A DNA stretch of 64,000 nucleotides from an archaeon (GTDB taxonomy: Archaea > Iainarchaeota > Iainarchaeia > Iainarchaeales > CSSED10-239), in NCBI GenBank assembly GCA_035390665.1, contig DAOOUC010000001.1:10651-74650 (forward strand). The letters run 5' to 3'. Position numbers and translations under genes: made by a program. Below, piece after piece: positions 46,901-55,548 of this stretch (position 1 is its first letter; each line of letters starts with the position of its first letter). The notes beneath the pieces were generated by a model. The model was not told the origin of the DNA. It searched no databases and saw only the letters and a program-made list of their open reading frames with translations.

Positions 46901-47411
46901 GCCAGTAACATTATTAGACACTGAAAGACTAAAGAAAAAGAAAGATTATCTTCAAACAATTAGTTTTATGCAAAGCGCTTCTAAATTTGAAACAAATTAC
47001 AATGAAGAGGATTATCTTGCTTCCATTAAAAACCTAGATGCCTCTGCTCTTGAAAGACTTATCGATATAAATAAGGAATATCAATTGTTAAAATCTGGAT
47101 TAACCCAAATAAAAAAAGATGCAAATACTGAAATTGTTTCATTAACTAAATATAATAAAACCAAAGATACTGGTATTAAACAAACTATATTAGATATTAG
47201 ATCAGAATTTGATAAGGGAAACTATCTTTATTCAATTTATTTAATTAGAATTTTAAATCAGCCCGTAATTATGCCAAAAAAAACAAACTATCAAGTTTTT
47301 GTGCTTTTGGGGCTTGTTTCTGTAATTTCTGTTGGATTTTTAAAATTTAACAAAAAAAAGAAAAAACTTAATTCTGAAGAAAAGAAACAAAGAATATTGA
47401 GGCAATATTGA
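43902..47411 (+). CDS. Giant lipoprotein-like, coiled-coil-rich surface protein with a C-terminal TM anchor
   Basis: Signal plus lipobox-like LLSGC. About 1170 aa, Asn/Lys/Glu-rich. C-terminal TM helix VFVLLGLVSVISVGFL followed by a KKKKK tail. Confidence 0.45.
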   Translation: MKKIIIFLLILSIVLLSGCLDVISTRQKQLCKSATHESNTSIFECTKTSECFKKVNSAGLNVSDKLDLNLKNQFLIYKNNISSAIFYFNSAHKNIQKINDFCSGEKDVEIIKNMNELFFNISKIFEYQDKSWQKSIEILKDYAIFLKENGVEEIPEEKIYDSYVIINQNINELRSEENLTSNYVSLLKIESKNANELAKKFGFNQSYMTEYGYVDLYAYYSEYIENPKKEIKLPLISKSSNYVFARLSTIENFIKINTNLSGADNYNLYILFDKEFGAQDSLFTMFIELNNEISENLDQIFITINDYEKNILENIDYLDEEHRLEFQRLNYMYSHDNIGFGNYLAQLKIIESIILENKNIEEETNLEIANKISACDEIAKEAKSYNNNYFKKLLTDYYAEENLLRKEEHCNKLKNSLDQKDCFFIYTSAVEIGLIENVSDLNDFECKDIINQLNYELEDDDRILLFRKIILESKNLLAELKKLELDLFEELAMIELNEKTNDYYNKSNIELILDIDKTLADALESNKKIKELLETTVIKDITKNAILEYNSNEIFLKINNKTNKTLDICVELNINDIVSLTDDLQFSGGLACIEKLYSGINYFKVKYENQRTIKTILLELDLEWGLYETTIENKVLNLPDTLFLGQILILDPVKYELDENLCVHYLTESKNKILYTKKTLSKTQINITTNKNSNDYLLTDIFRLKNMTSEKICNKIILIKDCFDCITLLKENGLIKPTRIENGHLKNETCFEPYEEKLFELNKIISTGSIIEDIDDTRWKLNSLLNCEFEEIRQEGKQKQQILEKINVDDLTVDAITDFYKLKIEIDKLHQDYLLLVSKLENVNLILSKLILLNLNSEEKKIFEEIENKKFTDIEQAFKNATNLYSDVLNRIDSEEGIYNSDFKNKINKLIEDGRIAGVIDESEINKLNSLSFRESEINEFKVLEERINNKIQEKAKNVNEIIGNLKGLDIKEINKTIEEIEYLYSNIDLKELYNVKYYPPVTLLDTERLKKKKDYLQTISFMQSASKFETNYNEEDYLASIKNLDASALERLIDINKEYQLLKSGLTQIKKDANTEIVSLTKYNKTKDTGIKQTILDIRSEFDKGNYLYSIYLIRILNQPVIMPKKTNYQVFVLLGLVSVISVGFLKFNKKKKKLNSEEKKQRILRQY

Positions 47412-47481
47412 TTCTATTCTAACCAATAAGATATTTAAATAATTACTATATATTATATATATACTTAAATATGTGAATGCT

Positions 47482-48645
47482 ATGATTAAAAAAATAATTA
47501 CTTTATTATTGGTTTTATGCTCTTTAAATATTGTTTCAGCTAGTGTGTTGGATCAAAGAGATTTTATAGACTCTGGAGATTTTAGTATTGAAAGAGGCAA
47601 TACATTATGTAAGACTTACGAATTTGATAAATTAAACTATACGGATAACTCCGAAATAATATTTAATTTAATCATAGAAAATTACATTTCTACAAAAGCA
47701 GATTTAGATATTAATGTTTCTTTAAACGGAGATTTAATTAAAACAATTATTGGCCAAGATTTATTAGAAGAAAATATAATATATATTAATGAACCAATGA
47801 TTGAAAAAAATAAATTAAATGTGTGCGTAAAAAATAATGCATTACCTAAAATCACAATATCCAAGAAAAGCACAATTGGCACTTATCTTTTAGGGAATAT
47901 CAGAGAGGGTGTTGATTTCTATCAAAAAGTTTTAACTAATGAAACCTATAGCAGTTCTCTTATTCCTATAGAAGTTTATGTTTATAATAGTGGCCAAGAT
48001 TCTTTAAATATTAATCTTAATTATGCTAGTGAGACTTTTTTGAAAAATTCAAATCTAGAAACTGTGTCTGGACAAACAAATTATTATGGAAAAATTGATG
48101 CAGGACAAACAATAACAATAAAGTATTATTTAAAAACAAATAAAAATTTAGAATTTTCAACACCAAGGGCTGAATTAAAATATATAGATGATTTTGGAAC
48201 AGAAAATACACTTTATGCTAAACAAGAAATAATAAATGTTACAGAAAATCAAAATAAAATTGAAGTTTATGTTGATTTGGAAAAAAATGCACTTGTTAAT
48301 GAATCAAAAACAGGCAAAATTATTTTAAAAAATATATCTCAAACAGATATTAAAAATGTAACAATAGAGACTAATTTCGATGGAAAAATTATTGTATCCC
48401 AAAGACAAATTCCGGTTTTAAGAAAATTCGAAGTTACTGAGATTCCTTTTGAAATAACAACAGATGAAATTAGAGAATATACCTTTACTGCCACCGTTTA
48501 TTATAATCTAGGAGAAAAAGAAAACGGAGTTAATTCTCAAACCATTATAATCAATGCAGCAAATAAAAAAGACTATGTTAAAGAAACCATTGGTGTTTTT
48601 TTAATAATTGCAATTGCAATATACATTTGGCTTGTAAGATTGTAA
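47482..48645 (+). CDS. Secreted beta-rich surface protein with a C-terminal TM anchor
   Basis: Signal peptide MIKKIITLLLVLCSLNIVSA, Ig-like segments, C-terminal TM helix IGVFLIIAIAIYIWLV. Confidence 0.4.
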   Translation: MIKKIITLLLVLCSLNIVSASVLDQRDFIDSGDFSIERGNTLCKTYEFDKLNYTDNSEIIFNLIIENYISTKADLDINVSLNGDLIKTIIGQDLLEENIIYINEPMIEKNKLNVCVKNNALPKITISKKSTIGTYLLGNIREGVDFYQKVLTNETYSSSLIPIEVYVYNSGQDSLNINLNYASETFLKNSNLETVSGQTNYYGKIDAGQTITIKYYLKTNKNLEFSTPRAELKYIDDFGTENTLYAKQEIINVTENQNKIEVYVDLEKNALVNESKTGKIILKNISQTDIKNVTIETNFDGKIIVSQRQIPVLRKFEVTEIPFEITTDEIREYTFTATVYYNLGEKENGVNSQTIIINAANKKDYVKETIGVFLIIAIAIYIWLVRL

Positions 48646-50364
48646 TTATACAATCCTTTTAAACATTTTTTCTAATTCTTTTTTATTATATATTAACATT
48701 GTTGGTCTACCGTGCGCACAAATTGCTTTGTCTTTGCATTCTTCTAATTGTTTAATTAGATTAATCATTTGAGAAATAGATAGCGGGTCGTTTGCTTTAA
48801 TTGATTCTTTACAAGACTTTAACTTTAAAATTTTATCTTTTATTTTATCTAATTTTTCTTTAGGATTCTCTTCTATATCTTTTATAATCTCATAAAAGAA
48901 ATCTATTGTAAAGTATCTTTCTAAGAATTCAGGTATTGTAATTAAGTAAATTTTCTCATTATCTTCTTGAATAATAAACCCCAGATTCTTGAAAAGAGGT
49001 TGATTATTTAAAATAAATTCTTTAGTTTCTAAATCCAGATTTATAAGCTCTGTTGGCGCAATTAAATTTTGAACTTTTACATAATCAGAAAAATACTCTC
49101 TGTTTTTTTCTAAATTAATTCTTTCTTCTGCTGCGTGTTGATCTATAAGCATCATGCCTTCGTCTATTTCACAAACAATAAATGTGTTTAAGATTTGCCC
49201 TAAAATGGATTTTATTTTTTGATTATTTAATATAAGTTCTTTCTGTGGCAAAACAGATATAATTGGCTTATATCTAAAATCCTCTATTTTATCTTGCAAT
49301 TGTGCTGGAGAATTATTTTCAAAATAATAAGATTGCTGATTATTAACGGTCTCGGAATTTTCTAAAAAAGAGGAAATTGTGGTTGTGCTTTTTAACTCTG
49401 GAATTTCTTGATTTGAAAAAATTTTATTTAATTCTTCTTTTAATTGACTAATGAAAACAAATTCGTTTTGAATTCTTATTGTTCTTTTTTTCGGGTGCAC
49501 ATTAATATCTAACGATTTAGAATCCAAATCAAAGAAAAGAACAAAAAATGGTTTTTGCTGAATCATCAAATAATCTTTATATGCCTCGGCGATTTGCTTG
49601 TTTATTTGTGGACTAAAAACAGGTCTTTTATTTATATATAAAAAATTATTTGGAAAATAAAAATAATTAGTTGGTTTACATAGAATACCTGATAATTTAA
49701 ATATTTTATTTTCTATATTTAGTGTGATTGTTTTAGAGACTATGTCTTTACCAAAAACTTGAATATACCTGCCAACGCTTGTTGTTCTTGGAAAAATTTC
49801 ATTTTTCTTTTCAGAAATAAATTGAAATTTAATGTCTGGATTTAATAATACAAATTCCAAAAAAGTATTGTAGATTTTTGAAAATTCAGTAAAAAGAGAT
49901 CTTAAGAATTTCTTTCTTACCGGGATATTATAAAATAAATCTTTAACTATTATTGTTGTGCCTCTAGAAAAAGGTATTTCTTTTATTGAATTATTTTCTA
50001 AAATATACCCTATTCCATCTTCATTATCAGAACTTTGTATTTTTAATTTACTTACTGTGTTAATACTTGATAATGCTTCTCCTCTAAATCCAAAAGTTTC
50101 TATTGAATAAAGATCATCTATTTTTTCTAATTTGCTTGTCGCATGTCTTTCTATTGTTAATGGTAAATCTTCTTTAGATATGCCTGTTCCATCATCCTTT
50201 ATTTCAATTAAATCTATTCCTGAATTCTTTATTGATAAAGTTATTGATTTTGCTTTTGCATCAATTGCATTTTCAATTAATTCTTTGATTATGTCTGCAG
50301 GACACTCTATTACTTCTCCTGCACTAATTAAATTAATTGTTTCTTTTTCTAGTTTTTTTATCAT
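48646..50364 (-). CDS. mutL: DNA mismatch repair protein MutL (endonuclease type)
   Basis: GHKL N-terminus (ELIENAIDA, GFRGEAL). C-terminal endonuclease motif DQHAAEERINLE (DQHAx2Ex4E) and CAHGRPT. Confidence 0.9.
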   Translation of the reverse strand: MIKKLEKETINLISAGEVIECPADIIKELIENAIDAKAKSITLSIKNSGIDLIEIKDDGTGISKEDLPLTIERHATSKLEKIDDLYSIETFGFRGEALSSINTVSKLKIQSSDNEDGIGYILENNSIKEIPFSRGTTIIVKDLFYNIPVRKKFLRSLFTEFSKIYNTFLEFVLLNPDIKFQFISEKKNEIFPRTTSVGRYIQVFGKDIVSKTITLNIENKIFKLSGILCKPTNYFYFPNNFLYINKRPVFSPQINKQIAEAYKDYLMIQQKPFFVLFFDLDSKSLDINVHPKKRTIRIQNEFVFISQLKEELNKIFSNQEIPELKSTTTISSFLENSETVNNQQSYYFENNSPAQLQDKIEDFRYKPIISVLPQKELILNNQKIKSILGQILNTFIVCEIDEGMMLIDQHAAEERINLEKNREYFSDYVKVQNLIAPTELINLDLETKEFILNNQPLFKNLGFIIQEDNEKIYLITIPEFLERYFTIDFFYEIIKDIEENPKEKLDKIKDKILKLKSCKESIKANDPLSISQMINLIKQLEECKDKAICAHGRPTMLIYNKKELEKMFKRIV

Positions 50365-50370
50365 AATTTA

Positions 50371-52821
50371 TCAATCATCTTTTTGATTCAAGCTAGATTT
50401 TATTATTTTACCAGGGGTTTTAAGAAAAGAGTCATTTTCTAAATCCCTTTGAATTACCTGTGCTTTTTCTATTATTTCTTTGTTGATCCCTGCAAGCCTT
50501 GCAACCTGTAAACCGTAACTTTTGTTTATTCCGCCCTTTTGAAGCTTATGATAGAAATGAAGAGAATCTCCTTCTTCTTTTGCAGTTACATGGAAATTAT
50601 TTATTCCTGCATATATCTCTTCCATTTTGTTTAATATGTGATAGTGTGTTGCAACAAGAGATTTACATTGTGTTTTGTTATTTAGATAATCTACTATTGA
50701 CCAGGCTATACTTATACCATCAAAAGTACTTGTTCCTCTTCCAACTTCATCTAAAATTACAAGGCTGTTTTTTGTTGCATTATTAATAATATAAGCAACT
50801 TCTGACATCTCTACTAAAAACGTACTTTGCCCTCTTGAAATATCGTCTGATGCTCCGATTCGTGTAAATATGCCGTCTATTTTTCCGATTTTGGCAAAAG
50901 ACGCCGGTATAAAAGAACCAGTGTGTCCAAGAATTAGTGCAATACACACACTTCGCATATAACTACTTTTGCCAGCCATATTTGGACCAGTAATAATCAT
51001 TGTTCTATTATTAGAATCTAATACACAATCATTTGGTATAAATGAAGTTTGTTGCTCAATTAAAGGGTGCCTTAAATCTTTTAAGATTAATTCGTCAGTA
51101 TGTGTGTGTTCTGGAGAGATATAATCGTATTGATTACCAATAAATGCAAAAGAAAAATATTCGTCTAAAGAGCCAAGTAATGTTGCTGTCTTTTTAATCT
51201 CTTCTTGATGAATTATTATTTGCTTACAAACGTCTGTAAAAATATTAAATTCTAATTCTTCTCTTCTTTCTTTTGCGTGTAACACCATAGATTCTTTTTC
51301 ACTTAATTCTTTGGTGGTGTATCTTTCACAATTAACTAAAGTTTGCTTTCTGTCAAGATAGTCAGGAATATTTGTTGTTTGAGCTTTTGGTATTTCTATG
51401 TAATATCCAAAAATTTTATTAAATTTTAACTTTATAGATTTAATATTTGTCTTTTGTTTTAATTCTGCTTCATATTCTAATAGCCAGGAATTTGTTGTTT
51501 TATTAATATTAACTAAATCAAAAAGCTCTTTAGAAAAACTTGGTTCAATAAAGCCCCCTTCTCTTACACTTATTGGCGGCTCATTAATAATTGCAGAATC
51601 AATTAATTCTACAACTGCATTTAAATTAGATAGGTTGTTTCTTATTTCTTGTAATTTAATTGATTCGGTTTCTTTTAATATTACTCTTAGGTTTGGAAGA
51701 ACTTCCAGACTTTGTTTTAAAGCAATTAAATCTCTTGGATTTGCATTTCCAAATCCTATTTTACTTATGATCTTGTCTAAATCACCAATATAAGATAATT
51801 GCTGCTTTAATTCCTCAATAATAAACACATTTTCTTTAATTGCTTTTACTGCTTCATTAATTTTTATTATTTCTTCTTTGTTTGTTAATGGGTGCAATAA
51901 ATCAAAATACAATTTTCTATAGCCCATTGCCGTTCTTGTTTCGTTAATTAAATCAAATAAACTATTTTTTTGTTGTTTATCTCTTATATTAGAAACAAGT
52001 TCTAAATTATTTACGGTCTTATTATCTAATCTTATAAATTTGTTAAGATTGTATTGTTTTATTTCAGAAATATATTTAAGATCAGAAAATTGCGTATCTT
52101 TAAGATATTTTAATGCATTATAAGAAGAAAGAATTATTTCATTTTTGTCTACTAATCCAAAAGCAGCTAAAGATTTAGTATTGAAATGCTCTAATAATTT
52201 ATTTGCGGATTGTGCAACATCTTGATTATCGGTGTAATTTATAATTACGTTTGGAATTGTTCTTTTAATATTTTCAATTATACTAAAATCATTTAAAATA
52301 TTTTTAGATAAAATAATTTCTTTTGGTTTTATTAAAAGAAGCTCATTTAATATTTCGTTAAAATTATCAAAAGAATTAATTTTGAATTCTCCTGTTGTTA
52401 TATCTACTAGAGAAAAACCAAATAATTCTTTTAATTTAACAATAGAACAAAGATAATTATTTTCATAACTGTCTGTAAATAGTGTGCTTGGTGTGATTAT
52501 TCTTGTTACTGCTCTTTTTACTAATCCTTTTGCAAGCTTTGGATCTTCTATTTGTTCGCAGATAATTACTTTCTTCCCGTATTTTATTAATTTTGTAATA
52601 TATGGATCAATAGAATGATATGGAATTCCTGCAAGCGGTGCTTCTGTTTCTCCTTTGCCTCTTTTTGTTAAAGTAATGTTTAATAATTGAGAAGCAATTT
52701 TAGCATCATCGTAGAACATCTCATAGAAATCCCCTGCTCTAAATAATAATATTCCATCTGGGTATTCTTTTTTAGTTTCCAGATATTGTTTCATCATTGG
52801 GGTTAGATTTTGTTTTTCCAT
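50371..52821 (-). CDS. mutS: DNA mismatch repair protein MutS (bacterial MutS1 type)
   Basis: TPMMKQYLETKKEYPDGILLFRAGDFYEMF (mismatch-binding Phe-x-Glu), Walker A GPNMAGKSS, DEVGRGTSTFDG. Start set at MEKQ (52821) because the track start at 52875 overlaps tRNA-Phe. Confidence 0.92.
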   Translation of the reverse strand: MEKQNLTPMMKQYLETKKEYPDGILLFRAGDFYEMFYDDAKIASQLLNITLTKRGKGETEAPLAGIPYHSIDPYITKLIKYGKKVIICEQIEDPKLAKGLVKRAVTRIITPSTLFTDSYENNYLCSIVKLKELFGFSLVDITTGEFKINSFDNFNEILNELLLIKPKEIILSKNILNDFSIIENIKRTIPNVIINYTDNQDVAQSANKLLEHFNTKSLAAFGLVDKNEIILSSYNALKYLKDTQFSDLKYISEIKQYNLNKFIRLDNKTVNNLELVSNIRDKQQKNSLFDLINETRTAMGYRKLYFDLLHPLTNKEEIIKINEAVKAIKENVFIIEELKQQLSYIGDLDKIISKIGFGNANPRDLIALKQSLEVLPNLRVILKETESIKLQEIRNNLSNLNAVVELIDSAIINEPPISVREGGFIEPSFSKELFDLVNINKTTNSWLLEYEAELKQKTNIKSIKLKFNKIFGYYIEIPKAQTTNIPDYLDRKQTLVNCERYTTKELSEKESMVLHAKERREELEFNIFTDVCKQIIIHQEEIKKTATLLGSLDEYFSFAFIGNQYDYISPEHTHTDELILKDLRHPLIEQQTSFIPNDCVLDSNNRTMIITGPNMAGKSSYMRSVCIALILGHTGSFIPASFAKIGKIDGIFTRIGASDDISRGQSTFLVEMSEVAYIINNATKNSLVILDEVGRGTSTFDGISIAWSIVDYLNNKTQCKSLVATHYHILNKMEEIYAGINNFHVTAKEEGDSLHFYHKLQKGGINKSYGLQVARLAGINKEIIEKAQVIQRDLENDSFLKTPGKIIKSSLNQKDD

Positions 52822-52850
52822 CTGCTTTTCTCTTTGTTTAAAAAAAGTTA

Positions 52851-52924
52851 TGAGATCGGTGGGATTTGGACCCACGACACATAGGTCTTCAGCCTATTGC
52901 TCTCCCAGGCTGAGCTACGATCTC
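52851..52924 (-). tRNA. tRNA-Phe (GAA)
   Basis: Hand-folded cloverleaf: GAGATCG/CGATCTC acceptor stem, anticodon arm ATAGG-CTGAAGA-CCTAT, T arm GTGGG-TCCAAAT-CCCAC. 74 nt, no encoded CCA, T-run downstream. Confidence 0.9.
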
Positions 52925-52936
52925 ATTAGAGAAATT

Positions 52937-53010
52937 TGAGCCCGATGGGATTTGAACCCACGACACCAAGATTAAGAGTCTTGTGCTCTACCAAGCTGAG
53001 CTACGAGCCC
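52937..53010 (-). tRNA. tRNA-Lys (CUU)
   Basis: Acceptor stem GGGCTCG/CGGGCTC (with G-U pairs), anticodon arm CAAGA-CTCTTAA-TCTTG, T loop TTCAAAT. 74 nt. Confidence 0.9.
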
Positions 53011-53024
53011 AAACTACATTATTC

Positions 53025-53098
53025 TGAACCTGGAGGGATTTGAACCCTCGACACCGGGATTAAAAGTCCCGTGCTCTACCAAGCTGAGCTACAGATCC
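53025..53098 (-). tRNA. tRNA-Lys (UUU)
   Basis: Acceptor stem GGATCTG/CAGGTTC, anticodon arm CGGGA-CTTTTAA-TCCCG, T arm GAGGG-TTCAAAT-CCCTC. 74 nt. Confidence 0.9.
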
Positions 53099-53160
53099 AT
53101 AATATTTTCTTTGGTCGAATAACAATAGCTTATTTAATTAAATAGGATAATATAATATTT

Positions 53161-53703
53161 ATGACTCAAAATGTTTATAAACTTACTATCTTAAGATTAG
53201 ATCACCGTCCTTTTAGAGATAAACGAATAACCACACATTGTGCTTTAGTTTCTAGGGCTTTTGGGGCTAAAAAATTTTATTTTTCTGGGGTTGAAGATAA
53301 TACTATATTAGAAGTTTTAGAAAAAATTAAAGCAAAATGGGGCGGGGATTTTGAAATGGAATTTATTGAAGAACCTTTAGAATTTGTTAAAAGTTTTAAA
53401 GAAAACAACGGAGTTGTTATACATTTGACAATGTATGGTAAAAATATTGTTGATGAAATAGAATCTATTAAAAAAATCACAAATAAAGAAATATTATTAA
53501 TTGTCGGTGGTTCTAAGGTTCCAAAAGAATACTATGAACTTGCAGATTATAATGTGGCTATTGGAAATCAACCACACAGTGAAGTTTCTGCTCTTGGTAT
53601 AATCTTATATATGCTTGATAATAATTGTCTTATAAAAGAATTCAAAGATACTAAGATTAAAATAATTCCAAGTAACACTTATAAAAAAGTAATTAATTTA
53701 TAA
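53161..53703 (+). CDS. trm56: tRNA (cytidine56-2'-O)-methyltransferase aTrm56 (SPOUT)
   Basis: 180 aa. The N-terminus LRLDHRPFRDKRITTHCALVSRAFGA closely matches the remembered aTrm56 signature. Confidence 0.8.
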   Translation: MTQNVYKLTILRLDHRPFRDKRITTHCALVSRAFGAKKFYFSGVEDNTILEVLEKIKAKWGGDFEMEFIEEPLEFVKSFKENNGVVIHLTMYGKNIVDEIESIKKITNKEILLIVGGSKVPKEYYELADYNVAIGNQPHSEVSALGIILYMLDNNCLIKEFKDTKIKIIPSNTYKKVINL

Positions 53704-53758
53704 GTAGTTTGGTACTTAATTATATTATAATTCTAATTTCTGAAAAGAGGGGTAAACT

Positions 53759-54337
53759 GTGAGTCTTAATAAATTAAAAAAAGAAATACTACTTGATAAA
53801 ACAACAAAACAGCATTTAGAACAAATCGCTGGTCCTTTGGCTCCAGAAATTATTAAAATATATGATGCTGAAAAAACATTTTCCCCAGAAGAAATTGCTG
53901 CTAAATTAAAAAAAAAAATTACAAATATTAGATCTACATTAAATAGCCTACATTACAGAGGAATTGCTTGTTATAAGAAAGTTAGAAATCAAAATAATAT
54001 GTTTGAGTTTTATTGGGAAATAAAGTTCAAAAAAATCATAGAAATTATTATTGAAAGTGAATTAGAAACCTTAAAACAATTAGATGAACAAATAAATCAA
54101 CAACAAGGAAGAGATTATTTCTTTTGCCCTAAAAAATGCATAGAAGCTCCTTTTGAAGTAGCTGCTGCTTATAATTTTAGGTGCCCTAATTGTGATAAAC
54201 CGCTTGAGATGCAAGATTCTAAAAAATCAAATGAACAACTTAAGAAAAAGAAGACGCAAATTACTAAAACCGTAAAAAGATTACAAGAAATACTTGGTAA
54301 AATTGAAGACAAAACCACAGGATATATCTGCGATTAA
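53759..54337 (+). CDS. tfe: Transcription factor E (TFE alpha)
   Basis: N-terminal winged helix plus zinc ribbon CPKKC...CPNC. GTG start with GAGGGG SD 8 nt upstream. Confidence 0.7.
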   Translation: MSLNKLKKEILLDKTTKQHLEQIAGPLAPEIIKIYDAEKTFSPEEIAAKLKKKITNIRSTLNSLHYRGIACYKKVRNQNNMFEFYWEIKFKKIIEIIIESELETLKQLDEQINQQQGRDYFFCPKKCIEAPFEVAAAYNFRCPNCDKPLEMQDSKKSNEQLKKKKTQITKTVKRLQEILGKIEDKTTGYICD

Positions 54338-54465
54338 AATTTTCTTTTTTTATTTTAATGAATACATTTTATTTATATAAGTTTTGTATTATATATATAT
54401 TATAACCTTCAAGAATTTCTTTATTTAAAATTACATAATTAATTTATTTTATATAAAAAAATAAT

Positions 54466-54540
54466 AGCGGGGTGGGGCAGTCTGGAGTGCCCGTCGGGCT
54501 CATAACCCGAAGGTCGATGGTTCAAATCCATCCTCCGCTA
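54466..54540 (+). tRNA. Initiator tRNA-Met (CAU)
   Basis: 75 nt. A1:U72 acceptor end (AGCGGGG/CTCCGCT). Anticodon arm TCGGG-CTCATAA-CCCGA with three G:C pairs next to the loop, which is the archaeal initiator hallmark. Confidence 0.85.
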
Positions 54541-54779
54541 TTTTCTAATTTCTTAAAATTATTATTCTATAAATTGATTATTTCTATTAAAAAATATTTG
54601 ATGAAAAACACTAAATCTTGGACAAATTTAGATAATAATTCGAGGACTTAAATTTTAGTTAATATCCCTTAAAATTACTTTATTTTATAAATTAAGACAT
54701 TTAATCTAATTAAAAACACAAATGGGGTTTTTTTACCTATTAAATTAAAATTAAACAGATTTAATTGCTTTTTTATCTG

Positions 54780-54975
54780 GTAATTACTAAAAATTAATGG
54801 TAATTACTACTAATTTTTTACGTAATTACTTATATAAAAATTTAGTTTATACATAATAATAATTATAATATGTCTTATAAAAATAATCTCTACATAGTAA
54901 TTACTGTAATGACCAAAACAAGGCAATTATAATTACTGTAATTACCAATCTATTTATAATAATTACGGTAATTAC
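54780..54975. repeat. Array of the 8-bp perfect palindrome GTAATTAC (6 perfect plus 3 degenerate copies)
   Basis: Perfect copies at 54780, 54800, 54822, 54897, 54938 and 54968. Degenerate copies at 54906 (gtaatgac), 54929 and 54958 (ataattac). Several form TAATTAC-N1/2-GTAATTAC doublets. The array ends 12 nt before the ATG at 54987. Confidence 0.85.
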
Positions 54976-54986
54976 TATATTATAGT

Positions 54987-55532
54987 ATGAGCAATCTATT
55001 TACCAAATTATTATCTAAATTAGGAATAATTAAAGACAAAAAAAAAGATAATAATTATACAAAAACTTATGAAGAAACTATTAAACAAAATGATAATCAT
55101 ACAAATAATTTAACCAATCTAAAATACAATTACGAAAACAATCAAACACAGTCTAATCAGAAAATAATAGAACAACAACCCACATTAAATTATAATCAAA
55201 ATATAAATTCTAAAATTGAAATTAAAGAAACAACAAAGATTTATGACATAACGAGAATTGATAAAACAAAAATAAATACTATTTGGGATATAATAAAAGC
55301 AAAAGAAAATACACAAGCAGAACACATATTAAATTGTCTCCCTGAAGATCAATGGATTGATATGGAAGAATTAAAACAAAGAATTAAACTTCAATATAAT
55401 ATAGAATACCAAAATGAGAAAAGTTTATATCCTTACATAAAAACATTAACTGATATTAATCTTATAAAACTAAATAATGCAGGAAAGAAAAGAACTTGGA
55501 AGAAAAATATTATTTTGATTGAAAAAGAATAA
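54987..55532 (+). CDS. Hypothetical Asn-rich protein with a possible C-terminal winged helix
   Basis: 181 aa. C-terminal DQWIDMEELKQRIKLQYNIEY...YPYIKTLTDINLIKLNNAGKKRTW looks wHTH-like. Lies immediately downstream of the palindrome array. Confidence 0.35.
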   Translation: MSNLFTKLLSKLGIIKDKKKDNNYTKTYEETIKQNDNHTNNLTNLKYNYENNQTQSNQKIIEQQPTLNYNQNINSKIEIKETTKIYDITRIDKTKINTIWDIIKAKENTQAEHILNCLPEDQWIDMEELKQRIKLQYNIEYQNEKSLYPYIKTLTDINLIKLNNAGKKRTWKKNIILIEKE

Positions 55533-55548
55533 TTTATTAATTAAAAAA

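Noticed and set aside
52822-52875. N-terminal 18 codons of the track's MutS ORF (MGPNPTDLITFFKQREKQ)
   Set aside because: They overlap tRNA-Phe (52851..52924). The conserved MutS N-terminus begins at MEKQNLTPMMKQY, so the start was moved to 52821.
54780-54975. Whether the GTAATTAC repeats are a CRISPR array
   Set aside because: The repeat is only 8 bp, the spacing is irregular (1-70 nt), and there are no spacer-sized unique units or cas genes. No CRISPR array is evident anywhere in the window.
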